Virus record (IMG/VR): IMGVR_UViG_3300032295_001098
Location: 1 to 64,000 of that record
Origin: a virus
Lineage: Duplodnaviria; Caudoviricetes
Length of the DNA: 64,000 nucleotides
Direction: 5' to 3' (one strand)
A program made the position numbers and the translations under genes. Below the pieces are notes generated by a model. It worked only from the letters and a program-made list of their open reading frames with translations. It did not search any database and was not told the DNA's origin. The first letter of the stretch is position 1. The number at the start of each line of letters is the position of its first letter. Positions 24,774-33,354 of this stretch are shown here, in pieces.

Positions 24774-26312
24774 ATGACCATGAATACACAACTAGGAGAA
24801 CTAAGCGCATTGCTTAGTCGTGTTGAGCGTGTAGCGCCAGCCATCACGGCTGACCCTGCGCTCCATGCGTTAAGTAGTGCTCACGATGGCGAAGTCGCTG
24901 TAGACCTCGCCCAGCCTCTCTTCCCATTCCAGCGTGCTGGTGTGGCGTATGCTCTCAAGCAACGCCGTGCCATCATCGGAGATGAGATGGGGCTGGGTAA
25001 GACTCCACAAGGCATCGCAGTAGCAGTGCACGCACACAAGGAGGGACACAAAGTCCTCGTTGTAGTGCCACCATCGCTCCGCATCAACTGGCAACGCTCC
25101 TTCGCACTGTTCGCACCGTGGCTGACAACAGCCATTGTGTCGGGCAACAAAGTGACGGCTCTTCCCAAAGCAGATGTGCTCATTATTGGTGACAGCATCA
25201 TTGACACTTGGTCAGTGAGGCTTGTCAATGCCAAGTTCGGCGCACTGATCGTGGACGAGGCGCATCGTGCGAAGAATGCAAAGTCAGGACGCACCAAGGG
25301 CATCGCACATATCGCTAAGTCAATCCCGACTGAGGGTTATGTGACGCTCTTGAGCGGAACGATCATCGTGAACCGTCCGAACGAATTGGTCTCGCCACTG
25401 TCAATCATTGGCAGACTTGACCGAGTGTTCGGTGGTAAGTCAGCGTTCCTGTTTCGTTACTGTGACCCGATCCACAATGGTTGGGGTTATGTGTACAACG
25501 GAGCAACCAACACCACTGAGTTGAACGACAAATTGCGTGGCACCTGCTATGTGAGGCGTAACAAGTCAGATGTGTTGAAGGAACTACCTGCCAAGCGCCG
25601 TGCTCAGGTTGCTACCGAGATCAGCAACACCGATCTCGTGGCATATCGCTCTGCTGAAGAGAACTTCCGTGACTTCGTTATCGCCAACGGCGGTGTTGAA
25701 GCATGGCAGAGAGCCTCTAAGGCTGAAGTGATCACACGCCTGAATGCATTGCGCAGGTTGCTCGGTATCGCAAAGATCCCGTATGTGGTGGAGCATGTAG
25801 AAGAACTTGTCGCACAAGGCGAGAAGGTCATCGTGTTCGCACATCACAAAGAAGTCATCGCACAACTAAGCAGTGCTCTGCATGAGCATGGCGTAGTCAA
25901 GGTGGCTGGCGGACTCAGCGATACACAGAAGCAGGAAGCAGTTGACGCATTCCAAACTGGTAGCGCCAAGGTGTTCATCGGACAATTTCAATCCGCTGGT
26001 GTTGGTCTCACATTGACCGCATCATCGCATGTCGTGTTCGCTGAATTGCCATGGGAGCCAGCCTCCGCAGTGCAAGCCGAAGACCGTGCGCATCGCATCG
26101 GTCAAGACAACGCTGTGGTCGCATGGTGGCTACTGGCTGTAGACAACACAAGCGAGATCCCAACAGTGGACGATCGCATGTGGGCGCTACTGAATGCCAA
26201 ACACGAGACAGTTTCGGCTGTCTTGACGGGGCACGGTGAGGACATGGGCGCCGAGGGTGCGACAAGCATCACTCAATCGCTCATTGAAGGCATCATCGGC
26301 AACGGAGGTTGA
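24774..26312 (+). CDS. SNF2/HARP-like DEAH helicase
   Basis: GDEMGLGKT, DEAH, SGT, QAEDRAHRIGQ. Confidence 0.9.
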   Translation: MTMNTQLGELSALLSRVERVAPAITADPALHALSSAHDGEVAVDLAQPLFPFQRAGVAYALKQRRAIIGDEMGLGKTPQGIAVAVHAHKEGHKVLVVVPPSLRINWQRSFALFAPWLTTAIVSGNKVTALPKADVLIIGDSIIDTWSVRLVNAKFGALIVDEAHRAKNAKSGRTKGIAHIAKSIPTEGYVTLLSGTIIVNRPNELVSPLSIIGRLDRVFGGKSAFLFRYCDPIHNGWGYVYNGATNTTELNDKLRGTCYVRRNKSDVLKELPAKRRAQVATEISNTDLVAYRSAEENFRDFVIANGGVEAWQRASKAEVITRLNALRRLLGIAKIPYVVEHVEELVAQGEKVIVFAHHKEVIAQLSSALHEHGVVKVAGGLSDTQKQEAVDAFQTGSAKVFIGQFQSAGVGLTLTASSHVVFAELPWEPASAVQAEDRAHRIGQDNAVVAWWLLAVDNTSEIPTVDDRMWALLNAKHETVSAVLTGHGEDMGAEGATSITQSLIEGIIGNGG

Positions 26313-26391
26313 TCGTGGGCGCTCGGCGCCTCATGGTCGGCGCCCGTAGCGACAGACGATGTGTTCTTGTCCTCACGGGAACCATCACAGT

Positions 26392-26472
26392 GCATCACGG
26401 GCGCAAGCCCGTGGTGTTCTGACAGTACATCGGCACACCGCTGGTGTACCGTCAGAACATCACCCGATGTTC
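26392..26472 (+). ncRNA. element B, copy 6
   Basis: GCATCACGGGC-GCAA-GCCCGTGGTGT; long H2; GAACATC-ACCC-GATGTTC. Confidence 0.7.
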
Positions 26473-26495
26473 AAACAACGCCTAGAGGAGGCACC

Positions 26496-26711
26496 ATGTA
26501 CAACTTAAATGTAAATCTCAGCGGAGGCATTGATCGCCGTGGATCCGAACTGGACATCCTGTACCAGTTAGTTGAAGAGGGCATGGAAGCCATCTACAAC
26601 CGACTTGGTGACGATGGCATTTATCCATGGGGAACTGTGGAGCAATATGTCGCTGTACAGCAGAAGATTCAAAATGCTCTCGGAGAGATCTGTTCTAAGA
26701 ACGGTTTCTAG
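26496..26711 (+). CDS. hypothetical early protein
   Basis: CCTAGAGGAGG SD before ATG 26496. Confidence 0.6.
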   Translation: MYNLNVNLSGGIDRRGSELDILYQLVEEGMEAIYNRLGDDGIYPWGTVEQYVAVQQKIQNALGEICSKNGF

Positions 26712-26715
26712 AGAG

Positions 26716-26776
26716 TTCCCCTAGCGCTTTAGGCGTGGCGTTCAATCGCAACTAGGGACTGTGAACACCCGTTCAC
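26716..26776 (+). ncRNA. T-loop element A, copy 4
   Basis: CCCTAG[CGC-TTTAG-GCG]TG[GCG-TTCAAT-CGC]AA-CTAGGG-ACT + GTGAAC/GTTCAC hairpin. Confidence 0.7.
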
Positions 26777-26805
26777 TATAAGTAAACAAAGCCTGAGGAG
26801 GCACA

Positions 26806-27042
26806 ATGAAAGTAAGCCATGCAATTAAATTATTGAGTGAGATCAATCCTGACGAAGAGATATGTATCTCTTGGTGGGAAGCAAATCTGTTTACTGACGA
26901 ACATGATGAAACATTGTCGGCAGACTCAGAGGGATGGCTAAGGGCAGTTGCCGATTTTACTTCTGCGGATGGTTATGCAACCATCAACAGTCAAATGTGG
27001 GATTTTCTTTGGTATTCAATTACAGAACAAGGAGAGTTCTAA
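26806..27042 (+). CDS. hypothetical early protein
   Basis: CCTGAGGAGG SD. Confidence 0.6.
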   Translation: MKVSHAIKLLSEINPDEEICISWWEANLFTDEHDETLSADSEGWLRAVADFTSADGYATINSQMWDFLWYSITEQGEF

Positions 27043-27344
27043 TGACAATCGGAACACCAATAGGTGCGTGGGCAATCATTCAATGGAAGGACACGCAAGA
27101 TGAAAGCGAGGTGTATTTCTCGTTTGGCACATGGAATGAGAACGAGTGGGGCGGTGAGTTTGACTCACTGGGCAACAAAGACGATGAGGTTTTCTTTTAC
27201 TGCGAAGGCGGAGAAGAAGAACTCAAGTCGCTCGTAGGCAACAACGGCGAAGACTTCAATGTCTTGTCGTATGACATTGACTACAGCGTTCCACTCGTGC
27301 TCGCTGACATGGACGAGCCAGTATTCAAGGAGGAAGCACAATGA
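27042..27344 (+). CDS. acidic hypothetical protein
   Basis: AAGGAG SD, TAATG coupling. Confidence 0.6.
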   Translation: MTIGTPIGAWAIIQWKDTQDESEVYFSFGTWNENEWGGEFDSLGNKDDEVFFYCEGGEEELKSLVGNNGEDFNVLSYDIDYSVPLVLADMDEPVFKEEAQ

Positions 27345-27604
27345 TCGGTACAAAGAGTTGGCTACTGACAGGTTGTTATGTAGACGGCACACACGGCGTC
27401 TACAGCGCCATGGAAGCGTGCAGGATCGCACGAGAACTCGGATGGGATGGGCAACAGCCCACAGACATTGAGGACTCGTGGTACCAAGAAGAGGTAGCCA
27501 CGGAATGGCTGAACAAGGTGATCGCTGACGATGGTCACTCGTTCGGTTGGCATGACGCCGAGTACTTCTACATGCCACAAGCATGGTGGGAGGATGTCGC
27601 TTGA
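27341..27604 (+). CDS. acidic hypothetical protein
   Basis: AGGAGG SD, ATGA overlap. Confidence 0.6.
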   Translation: MIGTKSWLLTGCYVDGTHGVYSAMEACRIARELGWDGQQPTDIEDSWYQEEVATEWLNKVIADDGHSFGWHDAEYFYMPQAWWEDVA

Positions 27605-27605
27605 T

Positions 27606-27687
27606 CGGGAGCATCACGGGCTACGGCTCGTGGTGTCCTCACAGCCCATAAATCATATTTGTGGGTTGTGAGGGCACTCAGTGCCCG
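27606..27687 (+). ncRNA. element B, copy 7
   Basis: GCATCACGGGC-TACG-GCTCGTGGTGT; long H2; GGGCAC-TCA-GTGCCC. Confidence 0.7.
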
Positions 27688-27723
27688 ATAAATTAATTAA
27701 TCCCTATGACCTGAGGAGGTCTT

Positions 27724-28083
27724 ATGTTAGAGCCAGTAATCACGATGACCGTTGAGCAATGGGAAGAGCAATACGAACCCTTTGTCAATCACCTAGATGC
27801 AGATGCATCATGGGCAACCGATGACGCCAACGGCATCATGTTTGAAACATACGGTGCCGAAGTTGATTATGTGTATGCCCGACCACTCAACCACACATGG
27901 ACATATGTGGATGGCGAAGAGGGCACATACATTCTTGCTGGACGCCATCTCGTAAATCGCATCGGTTACTTCGTAACTGCGGTGCCATGGAAGGATGACT
28001 TCAACACCAAGTATGAAATTCAAGTAAGTGCCAATGATGATTATTACCAAACAGTGTTAGACCTTGAAGGAGGCAACAAATGA
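27724..28083 (+). CDS. hypothetical phage protein
   Basis: MFETYGAE...WTYVDG...GRHLVNRIGYFVT; strong SD. Confidence 0.7.
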   Translation: MLEPVITMTVEQWEEQYEPFVNHLDADASWATDDANGIMFETYGAEVDYVYARPLNHTWTYVDGEEGTYILAGRHLVNRIGYFVTAVPWKDDFNTKYEIQVSANDDYYQTVLDLEGGNK

Positions 28084-28289
28084 AAACAATCAATGTGAAA
28101 GCAGGAGACGAGGTAGAAATTCTTGTGCAGATCTATCAGAACGAGACCTTTGAATACACAGGAATCGTTTCAAATATCAGCGACACCGAGTTGACATTGT
28201 GGACTGAAGACAGCCCACACTTTGACACTGGTGTTGAGCGTGAGATTGACATCCCGCTCAACAAGATCCTTGAAGTGGACATCTTTTAG
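28080..28289 (+). CDS. small SH3/Sm-like hypothetical protein
   Basis: beta-rich 69 aa; SD. Confidence 0.5.
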   Translation: MKTINVKAGDEVEILVQIYQNETFEYTGIVSNISDTELTLWTEDSPHFDTGVEREIDIPLNKILEVDIF

Positions 28290-28341
28290 TAAGAAGCAAC
28301 CCTGTAACACCTATCAACAACAATGATCTGAGGAGGTCATC

Positions 28342-28587
28342 ATGAAAAAATGGAATGTAAGTATCTCGCTCCAAACGGGCGTGTATCTAGAAGAGGTCAG
28401 TGCAAAGGATCCATTGGCGTTATACGAGGGAGACCTCAGTTACAACGCTGTGGTCACAGCATTGATTGATCAATTGCAATCAGGTCAAGCAACACTTGAC
28501 TGGGTTGTGGAGGAAGTGGAGACACTGGACGGCGTCACTGTATGTCGTGACGATGAAGACCGTGTATGGCTGGGAGATGCAGTATGA
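28342..28587 (+). CDS. hypothetical protein
   Basis: CTGAGGAGGT SD. Confidence 0.55.
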   Translation: MKKWNVSISLQTGVYLEEVSAKDPLALYEGDLSYNAVVTALIDQLQSGQATLDWVVEEVETLDGVTVCRDDEDRVWLGDAV

Positions 28588-28790
28588 GTAAGGGCTGGGT
28601 CACACAGATCGTCATGCTTCTCGGTGTTACAGAGATGGAAGCCGAGCAGATTGACAAGTACGCCCTTGAAGAAGGGCTGTACAACGAGATAGACAGCAGT
28701 GAAGCCACTGTGGCAGAACTTAAAGGGTTCTACGCAATGGTTAGCGATGAGTACCGAAGAGCAAACAACATTGAAACAAAGAGCCTTTAG
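28584..28790 (+). CDS. hypothetical protein
   Basis: ATGA overlap. Confidence 0.5.
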   Translation: MSKGWVTQIVMLLGVTEMEAEQIDKYALEEGLYNEIDSSEATVAELKGFYAMVSDEYRRANNIETKSL

Positions 28791-28801
28791 GAGGGCACAA
28801 C

Positions 28802-29098
28802 ATGGGAACAATTAATGCACTAGGCATGGCGGAAGCCGTGGAAGACGGAATGATTGAACTGCGTCAGGCGCTCGCATGGCACCTGCAAAGCAATCACTAT
28901 CCAGCAGTACCACTGAACATGGTTGATCCATGTGTTATTGCAATTCAGTTAGTCACCGAAGGTGAGCACGACAGCAATGTCTCGCTTCCCGATGGGATCT
29001 TGTGGCGAGGTCAGCCAGTTGCTCCAGCGTGGGCAGTTGTAGACGCACACCACCTTGAATCATTCATTGACATCAGCGAAGAGGAATGGGGTTTCTAA
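28802..29098 (+). CDS. hypothetical phage protein
   Basis: WHLQSNHYPAVP...VDAHHLESF; AGGAGG SD. Confidence 0.65.
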   Translation: MGTINALGMAEAVEDGMIELRQALAWHLQSNHYPAVPLNMVDPCVIAIQLVTEGEHDSNVSLPDGILWRGQPVAPAWAVVDAHHLESFIDISEEEWGF

Positions 29099-29649
29099 TG
29101 AGCGAAGACACAGAGAACAAGTGCTGTGAGTGCGAGGAGATCGTGGACACCGAAGGTGACTACGGCTGGAGCACCGTCAAGGAGGAATACCTCTGCTGGG
29201 GTTGCTACGAGTCAGATCAGAACCACGCTTCAACTCTCCATGTCATTGACGATGGTGCAGTACTCAAGTATTACATCGGAGATCATGTACGCATGGACGA
29301 GTACGGCGATGACATGTTTCGTACCAACATCACGGTCAACCGTGAGTATGTGCACTCCAGTGCATGGCGTGGTTACTTCAACACCACGATTGAAGGCTGG
29401 ACACAGGTCATGGACGGTTGGACTACGGGTGGCTGGGGTGACCCAATCGCTCAACGCAAGCAGACATTCAATGAATGGGCTGAGTCACTAATGACAGGTG
29501 AACTGGTACCACCAGTCCCTGTAGCCATCGTGGCTGACCCAACGAGCAATGTGTTCAGCATGGGCATCTCGGTGCTCACACCTGAACCAAACAGGCTCAA
29601 GGAGTGGATCAACGGAGACTTTGATGCACTCTACGGAGCGCTGTCATGA
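29098..29649 (+). CDS. zinc-finger hypothetical protein
   Basis: CCECE...CWGC. Confidence 0.6.
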   Translation: MSEDTENKCCECEEIVDTEGDYGWSTVKEEYLCWGCYESDQNHASTLHVIDDGAVLKYYIGDHVRMDEYGDDMFRTNITVNREYVHSSAWRGYFNTTIEGWTQVMDGWTTGGWGDPIAQRKQTFNEWAESLMTGELVPPVPVAIVADPTSNVFSMGISVLTPEPNRLKEWINGDFDALYGALS

Positions 29650-29930
29650 GGGACTACACAGAGTTCAATCGCAGAGTGACTACGGGGTTCTTCGTATACC
29701 TCGCAGTCCTTGTGTCAGCGTTTGTAGTGTTCTTGTTCCGAGACTATGCACAACGCATGGACTTGTATGTCTGCAACACAAAGCAACACATCGTGACATA
29801 CGGGGAGAGCCTGTGGGAGATCGCTCAGAGCAACTGCTCAGGCAATATCCGATCAGCCGTAGATGACCTCGTAGACACCTACGGGTCAACCATCCAAAAC
29901 GGGCAGGTCATTGACCTCCCCACAAAATAG
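29646..29930 (+). CDS. membrane-anchored LysM protein (YneA/ChiZ/DivS-like architecture)
   Basis: N-terminal TM then HIVTYGESLWEIA...IQNGQVIDLP LysM. Confidence 0.7.
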   Translation: MRDYTEFNRRVTTGFFVYLAVLVSAFVVFLFRDYAQRMDLYVCNTKQHIVTYGESLWEIAQSNCSGNIRSAVDDLVDTYGSTIQNGQVIDLPTK

Positions 29931-29939
29931 AAATAGAAG

Positions 29940-29968
29940 TTGCAATTCCCAATCCACGGAGGTAGTTT
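29940..29968 (+). promoter_or_regulatory. sigmaA-type promoter
   Basis: TTGCAA-N17-TAGTTT upstream of the DUF932 gene. Confidence 0.55.
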
Positions 29969-30019
29969 TATCTCAGTGGTACAACAAATCAAATAAGTCA
30001 AACAACAAGGAGAAATATC

Positions 30020-31045
30020 ATGTCAAGAGAAACCAGCCAGTGGCTCAACCAGAATGTTCTGGTGGGCTTTACATCCAAGCGTGGAAACGCATGGCACTAC
30101 AAGGCAACTGAACAAGGAACCGAGCCAAACCATTATGAGCAGGCGATCCCTGTTGAAGATGTGCGTAGGCGTTTGTTCAACTGGCAGGCTGTTGAAGCCC
30201 CAGTGTTCGTTCAAGTTCCTGACAACGCTGGAGTCAATCGTTACATTGAGCAGAGTGACCGCAAGGCAATTGTTCGTAACGACACTTATGAGACTCTCGG
30301 TCTCTTCAAGGACTCGTATCAGATACACCAGTACAACGAGTGGTTGATCGGAACCATCAGCAACATCATTGATGACAGCAACTTGCAGATCGGATCTGCG
30401 GGCTTGCTCCGCAACGGTGGAGTTGCTTGGGTCAGCATTGAGATGCCTGAGACAGTTCAGACCAAGGCGGGATTTGAGTTCCGTCCACACCTACTCGGAA
30501 CCACGAGCCACAACGGCACACTTGCCACCACCTTCAAGCGCACAGTCACCGCCGTGGTGTGTGACAACACACTTGCTGGAGCACTTGGTGAGAGCGGATC
30601 AGAGTTCAAGACCCGTCACAGCAAGTTCAGCAACGGACGCATCCAAGACATTCGTGATGCTCTCGGAATCATCCACACCATGGCAGACGAAGTCAGCCTT
30701 GAGATTGAGCGCTTGTCATCATTGACAGTCACCCAGTCTGAGTGGGACGCCATCGTTGACCGCTTGGTACCAGTTGGTGTCGGTGAAGAGGCTCGCCCTC
30801 AAGCCGTGAGCCGTGCTCAGAACAAGCAGGAGTTGATCCGTCACCTCTACAAGAATGACCCACGCTGTGCTCCATGGGTTGGTACACAACTCGGAGTGTT
30901 ACAGGCATTCAACACATGGACTCACCACTTCAGTGGCAAGGACGAGTCCCGTGTAGAGCGCAACGCAATGAATGCACTCAACGGCAAGACCGATGAGTTT
31001 GACCGTCAGGTGCTTCGCATCATGAATGATGTGGTACTCGTATGA
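30020..31045 (+). CDS. DUF932-family phage protein
   Basis: SAGLLRNGG..W, TTSHNG, VVCDNTL, KTRHS motifs. Confidence 0.8.
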   Translation: MSRETSQWLNQNVLVGFTSKRGNAWHYKATEQGTEPNHYEQAIPVEDVRRRLFNWQAVEAPVFVQVPDNAGVNRYIEQSDRKAIVRNDTYETLGLFKDSYQIHQYNEWLIGTISNIIDDSNLQIGSAGLLRNGGVAWVSIEMPETVQTKAGFEFRPHLLGTTSHNGTLATTFKRTVTAVVCDNTLAGALGESGSEFKTRHSKFSNGRIQDIRDALGIIHTMADEVSLEIERLSSLTVTQSEWDAIVDRLVPVGVGEEARPQAVSRAQNKQELIRHLYKNDPRCAPWVGTQLGVLQAFNTWTHHFSGKDESRVERNAMNALNGKTDEFDRQVLRIMNDVVLV

Positions 31046-31434
31046 CCGAAGCGCTGGTGGGGGAGCAATCCCCCACCTATGCTCGGGACACCGAATACAC
31101 AGCCTTACCATTCCCCGAAGTGATGGCGGAATGGAGATCGCAAGCCAAGTGCAAAGATGAAGACGGATCACTGTGGTTTGCCAGCAAGCCGAAAGGCATT
31201 AACAACTCATCCATCAAAGGAAGAATTGTTAACAGCCGTAGGAAGCGGGCACAGCGTATTTGTAAAGTGTGTCCTGTTCAGTATGAATGCCTGCGCTACG
31301 CCGTCTTGAATGACTTCAGGGATGGCATATGGGCTGGTTATGAAATGGATGACCTCACACATACAGACCGTCAAGTACTTCGTCAGCGTATTAAACGAGC
31401 AGAACGAAAGTTAAATAAGACTGTCAACAAGTGA
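31042..31434 (+). CDS. whiB: WhiB-family transcription factor
   Basis: W...AKC...CKVCPVQYECL...GIWAG. Confidence 0.85.
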   Translation: MTEALVGEQSPTYARDTEYTALPFPEVMAEWRSQAKCKDEDGSLWFASKPKGINNSSIKGRIVNSRRKRAQRICKVCPVQYECLRYAVLNDFRDGIWAGYEMDDLTHTDRQVLRQRIKRAERKLNKTVNK

Positions 31435-32484
31435 ACTGAGGCGGTGTGCTCCGAGGCTGATGTCTCGTGAGCGCACCGCTTCTAGTAAAGCCTCTCCCTC
31501 GTCTGCTCGCCTGACTGGATCCCGAAGATCCTTCAGATGTTTGAGCCACTGCGATGGTTTACTCGCAGTACGACCAATCCCCCAACTCTTACGCAAGCCC
31601 TCATACGCTGATAGCGATGAACCAATCCATGGAATGCCCGAGGCTGAGTACTCCAGCAACTTGATGTCGCTCTTGGCATGGTTGAATGGTGTGTCACGCA
31701 ATGGTGCGATGCCCACGTCCATGGTCAAAAGAGATGGGTAATCCCTAGCGTCTACAGCGTCTAAAACACTTACTTGATCTTCGTGAAGTCCAAGTTTGCT
31801 GGCAACAGATACTGCATGTGAATAGTGACCACTGTGTTGAAACTTAATATCGTTATTAGCAAGCAAAGGGTTGATAACCCCCTTCATGATCTCTAAGTCA
31901 CTGGAGCGATGGCTCGTGGCTCCCACCCACCCAACTACAGGAACAGAACTATCGGTGTGCACATGCGGAGTAAATCGTGCGATGTCTACGGTGTTTTCCA
32001 GCACGATGATCGGACAATGCACAAAGGACTTAATGCGATCAGCGAGGTACTGCGTAGACACTGTGACCATATTGCTGGAAGCAATCACCTTCTTGTAATG
32101 GTCTCGGTTCTCTCTTGGGTTTGTCTTTGGGTGCGATGAACTGAATGCGTCATTGGCTGGGTCAAGACCCCAGTACCAATCGTCTAGGTCATTCACTACT
32201 ATCTGACCAACGGAACGAGCCTTATAGATGTGATCGGCAAGCGAATCGTGCATGAGGCGTTGCATGATAATCATGTCAACTTCCTGTAGTTCTTCGTACT
32301 GGTCACGAATGAGGAAGCGATTGTCCTTCCATGTCAGCACGCCTGTAAACACTTCTTTCTCCAAGTGCTCTAACCATTCAACGTACTGACCAAAGCGTGC
32401 CCATCCCGAGCCACCCCAATGCTCTAATCCATCTTTGGATTTCAATGCTGGCAGGTAGTCTCCGCTAGCAAACCCAACCCTCAC
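31411..32484 (-). CDS. GT-B glycosyltransferase
   Basis: DLDD, GWVGATSH, DVGIAPLRDTPFNHAKSDIKLLEYSASGIP. Confidence 0.85.
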   Translation of the reverse strand: MRVGFASGDYLPALKSKDGLEHWGGSGWARFGQYVEWLEHLEKEVFTGVLTWKDNRFLIRDQYEELQEVDMIIMQRLMHDSLADHIYKARSVGQIVVNDLDDWYWGLDPANDAFSSSHPKTNPRENRDHYKKVIASSNMVTVSTQYLADRIKSFVHCPIIVLENTVDIARFTPHVHTDSSVPVVGWVGATSHRSSDLEIMKGVINPLLANNDIKFQHSGHYSHAVSVASKLGLHEDQVSVLDAVDARDYPSLLTMDVGIAPLRDTPFNHAKSDIKLLEYSASGIPWIGSSLSAYEGLRKSWGIGRTASKPSQWLKHLKDLRDPVRRADEGEALLEAVRSRDISLGAHRLSSLVDSLI

Positions 32485-32618
32485 TTCTTCTCCACCATTT
32501 CAATAGTGATACTGCTGTGTTTGTCAGGGTTAGTGCATGTTGGTGGTACCGATGGCTTGACATACACGGTGAGCACCTTCCCACATTGTGGGCATTCGTA
32601 GTGTCGCTTGTCGCTCAT
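32481..32618 (-). CDS. small zinc-ribbon protein (45 aa), not in ORF track
   Basis: MSDKRHYECPQCGKVLTVYVKPSVPPTCTNPDKH...; overlaps both neighbours by 4 nt. Confidence 0.55.
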   Translation of the reverse strand: MSDKRHYECPQCGKVLTVYVKPSVPPTCTNPDKHSSITIEMVEKK

Positions 32619-32824
32619 TGTTGTGCCACCTTCCATGGACGCCACTCAGCAAGGAATGCCTGAATGTCACGCTTATCCCAAATTGGTGTTGATGCCAAGT
32701 TTGCGATTGGTTGTGGAAACTTCTTCTGCTTACGCAGTGCATGGATGCGCTGTTTGGTTACTCCAAGAATTACAGCGATCTCGCTAGTGCCTGCTAAGTG
32801 TTCGGGTTGTAGTTGGTTTGTCAT
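32615..32824 (-). CDS. AlpA/excisionase-like HTH DNA-binding protein
   Basis: GTSEIAVILGVTKQRIHAL...FPQPI...PIW. Confidence 0.75.
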   Translation of the reverse strand: MTNQLQPEHLAGTSEIAVILGVTKQRIHALRKQKKFPQPIANLASTPIWDKRDIQAFLAEWRPWKVAQQ

Positions 32825-32856
32825 GTTTACATCCTACCTTGTTGTGTACGTTGTTG

Positions 32857-33354
32857 CTACAACCTCCAGTGACCAAGTCCTCCGTTGTCATACAGATACT
32901 TCGCTACCGACAAGTTGCAATCCACATTGAATAATCCTTTTATTTCTGTCCCGCAGATGTTCCTCGTGACCGTTTTCCATGAGGAATTAATCTGTACGAG
33001 TCCAAGGTCTTGTGAGCCGTTTTTGTTTAGAGTGCGGTTCCAAGCATTTACGTTGCACCGACTTTCTCTGTACGAGATGTACGAGAATGCAACTACTGGC
33101 AAGCCATACTCACGGAACTTGGCTTCCCATTGTGGGCATCTCTTTGTCTTATCTTTCGGTATTCCTTTAGGCACTGCCATGGCTTCGGGTGCCAATTCCT
33201 TTGCATTTACTACCTCAAGTGATACCGATTGCACTAGAGGGGTTAACTGAACTGTTGTTACTTCGGGCGTTGGTGATTGTGAGGAGATCCCAAGTACCAA
33301 TGTCATTATTGAGTACAGGACTGTCCCCGCTACTACTAGCGTGCGATCTAACAA
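32857..33354 (-). CDS. secreted lytic transglycosylase (SLT)
   Basis: N-terminal TM; RESRC, DLGLVQIN, CNLSVAKYLY, GLGHW. Confidence 0.8.
   Translation of the reverse strand: MLDRTLVVAGTVLYSIMTLVLGISSQSPTPEVTTVQLTPLVQSVSLEVVNAKELAPEAMAVPKGIPKDKTKRCPQWEAKFREYGLPVVAFSYISYRESRCNVNAWNRTLNKNGSQDLGLVQINSSWKTVTRNICGTEIKGLFNVDCNLSVAKYLYDNGGLGHWRL

Noticed and set aside
20767-26776. Family A elements as genuine tRNA genes
   Set aside because: Only ~45 nt, no anticodon arm, 6-nt T-loop and no CCA
26761-26776. GAAC-N4-GTTC as an SOS box
   Set aside because: Occupies the variable 3' hairpin slot of element A, whose other copies lack the motif
20114-27687. Dispersed repeats as a CRISPR array, attC sites or intrinsic terminators
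   Set aside because: Separated by whole genes, sequence not conserved, no GTTRRRY/RYYYAAC ends or integrase seen, no U-tracts
20114-27687. Family B as a known self-cleaving ribozyme
   Set aside because: No hammerhead CUGANGA/GAAA core and no twister, pistol or HDV pseudoknot consensus recognised by eye
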